Assembly (NCBI RefSeq): GCF_001194135.2
Contig: NC_068989.1
Coordinates: 84,924,224 to 84,980,815 of the forward strand
DNA length: 56,592 nt
Direction of reading: 5' to 3'
Origin: Octopus bimaculoides
Taxonomy: Eukaryota
The translations under genes were made by a program, and so were the position numbers. This document shows positions 46,660 to 56,592 of the stretch, in pieces; the stretch's first letter is position 1, and every line of letters starts with the position of its first letter. A model generated the notes under the pieces. The model saw nothing but the letters and a program-made list of their open reading frames with translations. It had not been told where the DNA came from and did no database searches.

Positions 46660-49320
46660 AAACCTAGTGAAAACAAAAAAAAAAAAAAGCCAAGCATCGG
46701 AACACCAGTGGACATCCGTAACAACAAAGAAAGTAATTGAGATACTGCAAAAAACCAGGAAGGACTGGAAGGCACCCGGATATGACAAGACCCTCAGCTT
46801 CCGGTTGGAATATCTAACAGAGACCCCAGGCATCGAGCTGGCAGAATCATCAGCACGCCGAAGGCTGCGAGCTGGCAGAACCGTTAGCGCACTGGGCGAA
46901 ATGCTTATCGGTATTTCGTTCTGAGTTCAAATTCCGCCGAGGTCGACTATGCCTTTCATCCTTTCAGGGTCGATAAATTAAGTTCCAGTTACGCACTGGG
47001 GTCGATGTAATCGACTTAATCCCTTTGTCTGTCCTTGTTTGTCCCTTCTGTCCTTGTTTGTCTCCTCTGTGTTTGGCCCCTTGTGGGCAATAAAGAAATA
47101 AGAAACGTTAGCAGCATTTCGTCCGTCTTTATGTTCTGAATTCAAATTCCTTTTCTACTCTAGGCAGAAGGCCCGAAATTTTTGGGGGAGGGCTCCAGTC
47201 GATTAGATTAACCCCAGTACGCAACTGGTACTTAATTTACCGACCCCGAAAGGATGAAAGGCAAAGTCAATCTCAGCGGAGGTTTATTCTGAGTTCAAAT
47301 TCAACCGAGGTCGACTTGCCTTGACTCCTTTCAGAGTCGATAAATTAAGTACCAGTTGTAATCGATTTTCCCCCTAGCAACCTAAATTTTCTGGCCATGA
47401 GGCAAAATTTGAAACCGATATTTAACAGAGACTCATAGAATGCTAAAAGCGAATGAGACATTGACGGACCCAGAGACGACACGGGACTGGCTCATTGAAG
47501 GAATAATCTACCGTAATCTCTTAATCTACAGAAACCACAAACCCTCAAAACTGCAAACCGATAAACATGGCCTTCCTACAATCTAAAAAACCTTTACTGA
47601 AATAATATGGCAAAGAATAAACAAACAGTAAAAAAAAACTCAAAAACAAAACAAGCTGTTTCCAGAAGAGCAGATAGGATGCTGCGAAGAATCATATGAT
47701 TGGAAAGATCAATTACTGATCGATAAATCTATAAATGAAGACGGGCAAAAGAAAAAAATGTGTCTGAGCACGGTATGGCTCGACTACCGGAAGTCTTTTA
47801 GACTGTATTTCCCATATGTGGATCCTTGAAATACTAGTGAGGAATAAAGTAGCACCGATAATTATTTCTACTCTAGCCACAAGACCTGCAGTCTTTTTTG
47901 GTAGGGGAGGGGGGGTTAGTCGATTACATCGACCCCAGTACTCGACTGCTATTTATTTTATTGAACCTTGAAATGATGAAAGGCAAATTCGACCTCGGTG
48001 GGATTTGAACTCAGAACATAAAGGGATGAAAGAAATGCCGCTAAATATTGTTAAACAATAAAGAATACGTCTTCAGACATGACAAAATCGGGAATTACAT
48101 AGATTGGAAGTTATGTTGGCACCATGAAATACCAACAGAAAATGTACGGTGTATGCATACCTCAGAAAGTGAAAAAGCAACCACACACTGGGATATGTCA
48201 ATACACGCAGACAGGGCGATCAAAGTTAATGGACCAGATATTGTTATTAAGGACAACCAGGAAAAGAAATGCCTCCTAATCGACTTTTCTACCAGCTCGC
48301 CGCTCTGGGTAGCACCAATAATAAGAAAATACACGAAACATGTTACGAATAAATGGCAAACAGTTTTGTAGCTACAGCCAATGGAAGGAATTACAGAAAC
48401 TAAAACCATTCTACTCTTACAGTCCTTTTCTGCCCGGCGTTGATGCCTTTAACCGACATACTAAACAGAACTGGATACGGATACAAATATGGCAAGTCTA
48501 TTATGTATCTTTTGCATATGGATGATTTCAAATGCTGGAAAAAATCATAAAAAACTGGAAACATTATTGCAGACAGTTCATGGATTTACCACAGAAATAA
48601 ATATGAGATTCGTCTCAGAAAAATGTACAAAAGAGGTAAATTAGTTAAGAACATTAATATCACAGCAGATAAAGAAACTGAGATAAGAGAATTAGATCAA
48701 ACACAGACATACAGATACTTCGGAATCAGTGAACTAAATAGTAAACGACACATACAAATGAAAGAAAAGATTAGGAAAGAATATTGTAGACGAATGAGAT
48801 TAATATTTAAGACAAGGCCAAATGCAAAGAATATGGAAAGTGGCATCTTGTAGCTGTTCCAGTAAAAAGTTACAATTGGACACTAAATGGTTTAGCTAGA
48901 CAGGAAAACAGGGAAGATAACGATTGCATTTAGAACACGCCATGCAGAATATGACGTTGAAAGACTATATTTACCAGGAATAGAAGCTGATAGGAGTCTT
49001 GTACAACTAAAAAAGACTATTGCAAAAATCCACTCTAGGAATACAAAGATATCTAGTACAGAATTATGGAAAATTAATGCAAATAGCTATGAAACATGAA
49101 CAAAAAAAAGCTTATTCTGTCTTCAAGGAAACCTACAAATATGAAACAAAGGCTGTAATAACAGATAGCTAGAAAGAAAATGGAGAAAAACACGACTACA
49201 GAAATCGTGAAGCAGCTAAAATCTGAATTTAAATTGGGCCTACAGAATGGCATAATACAACAATGACAAGAAAAGGCCCCACAAGTTCAATACTAGAAAA
49301 TGAAAAGAAGTGGCTCTTGG
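46660..49320 (+). mobile_element. R4/Dong-clade non-LTR retrotransposon, decayed and interrupted by SINEs
   Basis: Motifs WKAPGYDK, DWLIEG, NPQNCKPI, PEEQIGC...KDQLLIDK...WLDYRKSF, LHMDD, IRELDQ..TYRYFGI...MKEKIRKEY.RR, and DVERLYLP. RLE segment RHDKIG.YIDWKLC...WD..IHADR.I..N.PDIVIKD...CLLID. Confidence 0.8.
46863..47103 (+). mobile_element. SINE family A copy nested in the R4 element
   Basis: Homology to 37402-37633. Confidence 0.85.
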
Positions 49321-49329
49321 TTTAGTACG

Positions 49330-49960
49330 TATAGAAGGCGAGAGGGGCACCCTTGACGAGCCGATCGAATGATACTGACTGGTGGTAATTTACGCTGACT
49401 ACCGAGAAAATGTCACTGTATATTGCAGCGATCCACCTTCTGAAGACAGACCCGAAGCCAGCTGCCTTCAGGACAAGCACCATGTATTGATGGTTGACCT
49501 TATCGAAAGATCTAAAGCGATCATGGTCACACAGGGTCCTACCCACGCCAGATTTTTTATACTTCTTTTCTATGACGTATCATGTGATATGGACGTTGTG
49601 GACAGATCTGCTTTGTATGACTCATATCTGTGCCTTACTTTCCAAAGTAAGGACGACAAGCACCAACCGCTTCACTAACATCTTTGCTACTGTTCACATT
49701 CACGATCATCAATTTACCGTCTGGGTCGAAGAAGATCAACCGTATCTCGAGAGCCAGGCCTTTCCGAAACAGCACCGTTGCAATTCAATTCTGGGTCGAG
49801 TAAAAGATGCGAAGATCTAAAAATTGCCAAAATCGTATGGTAATGCATGTGTGTAGGAAATTCCGGTTCCGCTGAATGCTATCACATACAAATCTAGAGA
49901 TCTGAGGTCATTGAGCAGGCGACCCCTGCTTCCAAGGTAGCCTGAGACAACGTGCATTTT
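49330..49960 (-). mobile_element. Tx1/L1-clade LINE remnant (start of APE endonuclease fused by deletion to part of RT)
   Basis: Minus strand GRLLNDLRSLD.YVIAF (APE-like), AKMLVKRLVLVV, and SFDKVNHQYMVLVLKAAGFGSVFRRWIAAIYSDIFSVVSVN (RT, AFDRVDH...FG..F..WI motif). Confidence 0.7.
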
Positions 49961-50102
49961 GTCACAATGGGGTTTTGAGCTTCTTTTGTGGAATACTTTA
50001 GAAGTCTACGGCTGGCTCTTGTGCTCGGACTACTTATAACACTGGGAAAAATTCTCCTTCAATGTTTTGTACGTCTCCAAGTCAAGCTTTACTAATAGTA
50101 AT

Positions 50103-50156
<54 letters not shown>

Positions 50157-50853
50157 CCTTTCTACTTTAGACACAAGGCANNNNNNNNNNNNNNNNNNNN
50201 NNNNNNNNNNNNNNNNNNNNNNNNNNNNNNNNNNNNNNNNNNNNNNNNNNNNNNNNNNNNNNNNNNNNNNNNNNNNNNNNNNNNNNNNNNNNNNNNNNNN
50301 NNNNNNNNNNNNNNNNNNNNNNNNNNNNNNNNNNNNNNNNNNNNNNNNNNNNNNNNNNNNNNNNNNNNNNNNNNNNNNNNNNNNNNNNNNNNNNNNNNNN
50401 NNNNNNNNNNNNNNNNNNNNNNNNNNNNNNNNNNNNNNNNNNNNNNNNNNNNNNNNNNNNNNNNNNNNNNNNNNNNNNNNNNNNNNNNNNNNNNNNNNNN
50501 NNNNNNNNNNNNNNNNNNNNNNNNNNNNNNNNNNNNNNNNNNNNNNNNNNNNNNNNNNNNNNNNNNNNNNNNNNNNNNNNNNNNNNNNNNNNNNNNNNNN
50601 NNNNNNNNNNNNNNNNNNNNNNNNNNNNNNNNNNNNNNNNNNNNNNNNNNNNNNNNNNNNNNNNNNNNNNNNNNNNNNNNNNNNNNNNNNNNNNNNNNNN
50701 NNNNNNNNNNNNNNNNNNNNNNNNNNNNNNNNNNNNNNNNNNNNNNNNNNNNNNNNNNNNNNNNNNNNNNNNNNNNNNNNNNNNNNNNNNNNNNNNNNNN
50801 NNNNNNNNNNNNNNNNNNNNNNNNNNNNNNNNNNNNNNNNNNCTAATAGTAAT

Positions 50854-50907
<54 letters not shown>

Positions 50908-51024
50908 CCTTTCTACTTTAGACACAAGGCATGAAATTAGTGGAGGAAATGTTGCTAACCATTTGTGTGACTTGATAACGATTTGACCAGCCTGATGCCT
51001 TCCTAATTCTTCTTAAATAGCTTT

Positions 51025-51231
51025 TTTACTATCGGCACAGGGTCCGAAATTTAAGGGGAGGTGCTAGACGATTACATCGCCCCCAGTGCTCAACTGGTAC
51101 TTATGTCATCGACCCCGAGAGGATGAAAGGCAAAGTCGACTTCGGCGAAATTTGAACACAGGATGTAGCGACGGGCGAAATACCGCTAAGTATTTCGTCC
51201 AGCGTGCTAACGTTTCTGCCACCTCGCCATC
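51025..51231 (-). mobile_element. SINE family A copy
   Basis: Reverse-complement homology to 37402-37633. Confidence 0.8.
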
Positions 51232-51651
51232 TTAATAATAATAATAATAATGATAATAATAATAATAATAATAATAATACTAATACTAATAATAATAATA
51301 ATAATAATAATGACGATGATGATGATGATGATGATGATGATGATATGTGTGATCAATTGAAGCTAATTCCCCACTCCACGTAATGGTTTGTTTACGAACA
51401 ATTCTGAGCTGTTCTCCATTGAAAATTAAATTACATCTAAAACAGTTTTAGAGAAAGAAAATTAAAAAAATTAAGGAAAACTTAATTGAAATAAGAAAAT
51501 AGGATTACACAACATGTAAATAGGTGTCCACACACGCACAGACACACACACACACACACACACACATATGCACAAACACATAATATACAGATGCACATGT
51601 ACAAATATACAACACAGAGTGGTATATATTACATATAAATACCTACATCTG

Positions 51652-51687
<36 letters not shown>

Positions 51688-52718
51688 CATATACATATAG
51701 ACAATTATGTATGTATATATNNNNNNNNNNNNNNNNNNNNNNNNNNNNNNNNNNNNNNNNNNNNNNNNNNNNNNNNNNNNNNNNNNNNNNNNNNNNNNNN
51801 NNNNNNNNNNNNNNNNNNNNNNNNNNNNNNNNNNNNNNNNNNNNNNNNNNNNNNNNNNNNNNNNNNNNNNNNNNNNNNNNNNNNNNNNNNNNNNNNNNNN
51901 NNNNNNNNNNNNNNNNNNNNNNNNNNNNNNNNNNNNNNNNNNNNNNNNNNNNNNNNNNNNNNNNNNNNNNNNNNNNNNNNNNNNNNNNNNNNNNNNNNNN
52001 NNNNNNNNNNNNNNNNNNNNNNNNNNNNNNNNNNNNNNNNNNNNNNNNNNNNNNNNNNNNNNNNNNNNNNNNNNNNNNNNNNNNNNNNNNNNNNNNNNNN
52101 NNNNNNNNNNNNNNNNNNNNNNNNNNNNNNNNNNNNNNNNNNNNNNNNNNNNNNNNNNNNNNNNNNNNNNNNNNNNNNNNNNNNNNNNNNNNNNNNNNNN
52201 NNNNNNNNNNNNNNNNNNNNNNNNNNNNNNNNNNNNNNNNNNNNNNNNNNNNNNNNNNNNNNNNNNNNNNNNNNNNNNNNNNNNNNNNNNNNNNNNNNNN
52301 NNNNNNNNNNNNNNNNNNNNNNNNNNNNNNNNNNNNNNNNNNNNNNNNNNNNNNNNNNNNNNNNNNNNNNNNNNNNNNNNNNNNNNNNNNNNNNNNNNNN
52401 NNNNNNNNNNNNNNNNNNNNNNNNNNNNNNNNNNNNNNNNNNNNNNNNNNNNNNNNNNNNNNNNNNNNNNNNNNNNNNNNNNNNNNNNNNNNNNNNNNNN
52501 NNNNNNNNNNNNNNNNNNNNNNNNNNNNNNNNNNNNNNNNNNNNNNNNNNNNNNNNNNNNNNNNNNNNNNNNNNNNNNNNNNNNNNNNNNNNNNNNNNNN
52601 NNNNNNNNNNNNNNNNNNNNNNNNNNNNNNNNNNNNNNNNNNNNNNNNNNNNNNNNNNNNNNNNNNNNNNNNNNNNNNNNNNNNATATACATACATACAT
52701 ACATACATGCATGCATAC

Positions 52719-52755
<37 letters not shown>

Positions 52756-53756
52756 AATATACACACATATAAAGAATTATGGCTCTATTCTCTGGAGCGA
52801 AGACTGGAAAGATATGTAGTTTTATCCATATGAAAATCCAGGTGGTTTTTGGCACAAACTCTCGCTTCGAGAGTTACACCAACTGCATAGTGTGCCAAAG
52901 ATCTCACCCTCTCCGTCTAGACTAAGGTCCAGAAGCTGCAATATATTGGCCTTCAGTTGTTTATTATCTTGGAGAAAACCTGAAGGGTCTACATGCAGTG
53001 GGGGTACTATACTATACCTGTTTTCTGTAAAGTATTATTGTTTCTATTATTTGGTTCGTATTCCGCACACTAGCCTACCCTGAGGTTGATGTCCCGCATT
53101 GGAGTACCCTATTGGTATGTATTGCAAGAAACAACAAGATTTCTTTCTCGAACATTTTACACAGTTCAATCGGCACAAATTAGTGTGTGAAAACATTAAT
53201 AAATAACATTTTATAAAACTAGTTTCTAGGCATCGAATGGCTACGGGGCTCCACCAGAATAAAATAGTAATCAAAGGTGGTCCATAGATGAAATATGGCT
53301 GAGAACCCCTGGATTAAAGCGGGGTATTCAATAATGAAGGTAGTTTTCTAGTGTTTCGTTTGTTTATGTATACCGACACATGCATACACTCCTCACTCTA
53401 TAGCAAAAGGCAGCAACTATTCTGATTCTTTGCCGTTATATATTTAATGCCTTTTATAGATTCACCGACGACAAGAGTGAATCAGTGAATTAGGCTGAGG
53501 GTGACAGGTACGGGTAAATTGTGCCTATAGTGAAAAAGGTCACTTTTAAAGGCTGGCAGAATCGTTAGCATGCCGGATAAAATGCTTAGTAGCATTTCGT
53601 TCGTCTTTACGTTCTTTGTTCAAATGCCTTTCACCCTTTTGGGGTCGATGAAATAAGTACCAGTTGAGCACTTAGATCAATGTAATCGACTAGAGCCTTC
53701 CTCCAAACTTTGCAGGCCTTGTGCCTATAGTAGAAAAGATTATTATTATTGTTGTT

Positions 53757-54020
53757 TTTATTACATCCACCTTAGCGAAGGCAGAGATATTGTTTTCAGT
53801 CATCTTTGTTTGTTTGTCAATGGACAAGATATCTCAAGAACCACCGGATGGATTCGGATGAAACTTTCAGGGATGTTTGGCCCGGTGACTGGCATGAACT
53901 GACTAGATTTTGGGATCAATCCGGTACCGGACAAGGATTCTGGATTATCTTTTCGGTTTTTAACTTAATTTTTGGGAGCGGTCGGGTTCATTTTTAGTAT
54001 TCTCGTTTGTGAGAACAGTC
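53757..54020 (+). mobile_element. DINE-1/Helentron-associated-like non-autonomous element fragment
   Basis: TTATTACATCCACC...GCAGAGATATTGTTTTC...(GTTT)n...CAAGATATCTCAAGAACCACCGGATGGATT..ATGAAACTT resembles this widespread class as I recall it. Confidence 0.35.
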
Positions 54021-54259
54021 GAGTTTATTTCGTAACCGCGCCGGAAAAAAATGCTTAGAGGCATTTCTGCTGTCTTTACGTTCAGAGCTCGTTTAAATTC
54101 TGCCGAGGCTGACTTTGCCTTTCAACCTTTCGGGGTCGATAAAATAAGTAGCAGTTGAACTGTGGGGTCGACGTAATCAACTTACCCCCTACTCTGAAAT
54201 TGCTGGCCTTATGCCAAAATTTGAAGCCATTATTATTATTATTGTCGTTGTTGTTGTTG

Positions 54260-54321
<62 letters not shown>

Positions 54322-54535
54322 GCGGCGAGCTGGCAGAATCATTAGCATGCCGGGCAAAATGCTTAGCGGCATTTCGTCAGTCGTTACGTTCTGAGTTCGA
54401 AATTCGCCGAGGTCGACTTTGCTTTTCATCCTTTTGGGGTCGATAAAATAAGTCCCAGTTGAACACTGGGGGTCAATATAATTGACTTGACCCCTTTCCC
54501 GAAATTGCTGGCCTTGTGCCAAAATTTGAAACCAA
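54322..54535 (+). mobile_element. SINE family A copy following an (ATT)n tract
   Basis: GCGGCGAGCTGGCAGAATC... homology. Further copies at 53548-53745 and 54030-54230. Confidence 0.8.
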
Positions 54536-54769
54536 TATTATCATTAGTATTTCATGCCGTTTTTGTGATCACTGATATCCCATTTTCCCCACGTTCCAGA
54601 CTAATTTACCTAATCTTTTCTTTTATTACTATACGACAATCCCGTGTCCCTGTCTCCCTGTCTTTTCACCTTTTTATTTTTGGATTATCACTTTTATTTC
54701 TGCGTTTTTAGATAGCAATATCACTGGTTCTGTGTATAAAAGGGCTCGGATTCTTGTGGGAAACATTCT

Positions 54770-54928
54770 GCGTGGAAGATATTTGTAAGCTGTTGAAGAA
54801 CACAAAAAAAAAAAAAACCCCGTTAGTTTCACTTCAACATTTAGTTTTCACATAAATGAAAATTAAATGTTGAAGTGAAACTAACGTTTTTTGTGTGTTC
54901 TTCAATAGCTTACAAATATCGTCCACGC
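54770..54928. repeat. 159-nt near-perfect foldback (inverted repeat)
   Basis: Inner 30-bp stem (29 WC + 1 G-T) around the loop CATAAA, plus an outer ~42-bp stem with 3 differences. Confidence 0.9.
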
Positions 54929-55239
54929 TGCAATTGTTTTTGTTTTATCACACGCTCTCAGATCAAGTCACTTGCTATGCAGGTACATCTCCGTAACTTT
55001 TATTTCTATTATTCCGTCGTTCCAGCTATCTCTGAACCGATAACGGTCTGGACTTCCTATGTGGATGGTGTATGCATGCATATACGTGTAAATGTAAGCG
55101 CGCGTTTGTATAAGTACCCTTCTATCTCAGTAACAGACTCTTTCTCAAAATGTTGAAGAATTGGATACTAAATGGATTTATGTAGTTGCGAAACGAGATC
55201 CTAATTCACAGTACAGCTTGATTTAAGGCCGTATTTATA

Positions 55240-55737
55240 CAATAAGGTTAATAATTCGGTTGATCCTTTTTCAAATCGAAGATTGATCAATATTTCTCCC
55301 GTTCAATTTGTGGCCTGTTCATGCTTGACACCAATAGTATTGTCCTCAGAAAATAGGGGTTTTTTAAGCTTGAAACTATTAACATTGGTCCCTAAAACAG
55401 AGTCCATTTGTTAGGGTCGCTTGAAGGTTTGAGACCGCCAATATTGCACCTTAAATATGGGGTCCTTAAGTTTGAGACAGTCAATAAGGTTAATAATTCG
55501 GTTGATCCTTTTTCAAATCGAAGACTGATCAATATTTCTTCCGTTCAATTTGTAGTCTGTTCACGTTTGAGACCAACAGTATTGCCCCGTCCCCAGAAAA
55601 TAGGGGTTTCTTATGCCCGAGCCTATTATCATTGCTCCCTAAAACAGAGTCCATTTGTTTCAAACGTTAAACATTGTCCAACAAGATAGGATCGCTTGAA
55701 GGTTGAGACCACCGATATTGCTCCCTAAATATGGGGT
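55240..55737. repeat. Tandem duplication, ~242-bp unit x2
   Basis: CAATAAGGTTAATAATTCGGTTGATCCTTTTTCAAATCGAAGA starts at both 55240 and 55482, with continued similarity. Confidence 0.85.
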
Positions 55738-55825
55738 TTAAATTGTCATTAAAATTGGGATAATTTTTTATGTCCAAGTCTAGTCAAAAAGTCTCTAACA
55801 TTGAGGTCGCCAATGTTGGCTCCAA

Positions 55826-56027
55826 ATTTTGGCGCAAGGCCAGCAATTTCAGGGGAGGAGTAATTCGATTATATCGACCCCAGTGTTCCACTGGTATTTA
55901 TTTTATCGACCCCTAAAAGATAAAAGGCAAACTCGACCTCGGTGGAATTTGAACTCAGAACGTAGATGGACGAAATGCTGCAAAGCATTTTTGCCCAACA
56001 TGCTAACGACTCTGCCAAATCGTCGCC
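55826..56027 (-). mobile_element. SINE family A copy
   Basis: Reverse-complement homology to 54322-54535. Confidence 0.8.
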
Positions 56028-56592
56028 CTAGAGACCGCCAATGTTTCCCACAAGAATCCGAGCCCTTTTATACACAGAACCAGTGATATTGCTGTCTAAA
56101 AACGTAGAAGTGAAGGTCGTAAAAAGACGACATTCTTCAAGTTATGATTGTTAACGAGCAATTAATAAATTAATAATTACCATTTTAATGTAAATTTCAT
56201 GAATTGATAATTAGTATTAAATGAATAATTTCATATATTTAATTATCATTACGAAGTTTCTCATGGCCAACACATACGCGCGCGCACACACGCACACACA
56301 CACGCACATGTCCACGAACACACACACATGCGTACACATACACGCGCGCACACATACAAGTACATACATATACATGCATATAAACATACACACAGGCATC
56401 CATATATGTGTGTTTGTATACACACACATACATACACACACACACACATACACACACACAGACACTTTTATCTTGTTCTGTATTGTGTGTATTTTTGTCT
56501 TTTTAGTAAACTCGAGCGTATACAAACACAAACACAAACACACACACACACACACACACACGCATACACACACACACACACACACACACACA

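Noticed and set aside
50092-50931. Identical 89-nt direct repeats flanking a gap
   Set aside because: An exact duplicate on both gap edges indicates unmerged overlapping contigs, not a biological duplication.
44956-52855. Long ORFs (up to 448 aa) in the ORF track, also at 23187-23729, 36160-36714, 40265-41126 and 42143-42574
   Set aside because: They consist of N gaps (X) plus microsatellite translations.

Overview
Eukaryotic, AT-rich, microsatellite- and SINE-dense genomic DNA from a draft assembly with nine N gaps. It is most likely an octopus, inferred from the SINE families as I recall them. Three host genes are supported. (1) The first coding exon of USP40 (minus, 1183-1429), with the rest of the gene off the left edge. 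(2) A complete 13-coding-exon ABCF2 gene (plus, 14827-31345; 605 aa after splicing; all GT-AG introns with consistent phases). (3) The terminal exon of a paired-class homeobox gene carrying an OAR motif (minus, 39063-39238), convergent with ABCF2. A near-full-length U2 snRNA copy with an A-rich tail and 21-bp target-site duplication sits in ABCF2 intron 10. The remainder is decayed mobile DNA: CRE, R4/Dong, Tx1/L1, RTE-like and Penelope-like retroelements, a Tc1 end, hAT and TTAA MITEs, three tRNA-derived SINE families and one RTE-tail repeat family. I found no convincing new multi-gene system. The best leads are the U2 retrocopy and its context, a candidate unrecognised 3-exon 111-aa ORF divergent from ABCF2, a 60-nt element duplicated in adjacent introns, and a long hairpin / inverted-repeat / tandem-repeat composite near the right end. 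Repeat boundaries are approximate, and family assignments rest on remembered motifs rather than database searches.
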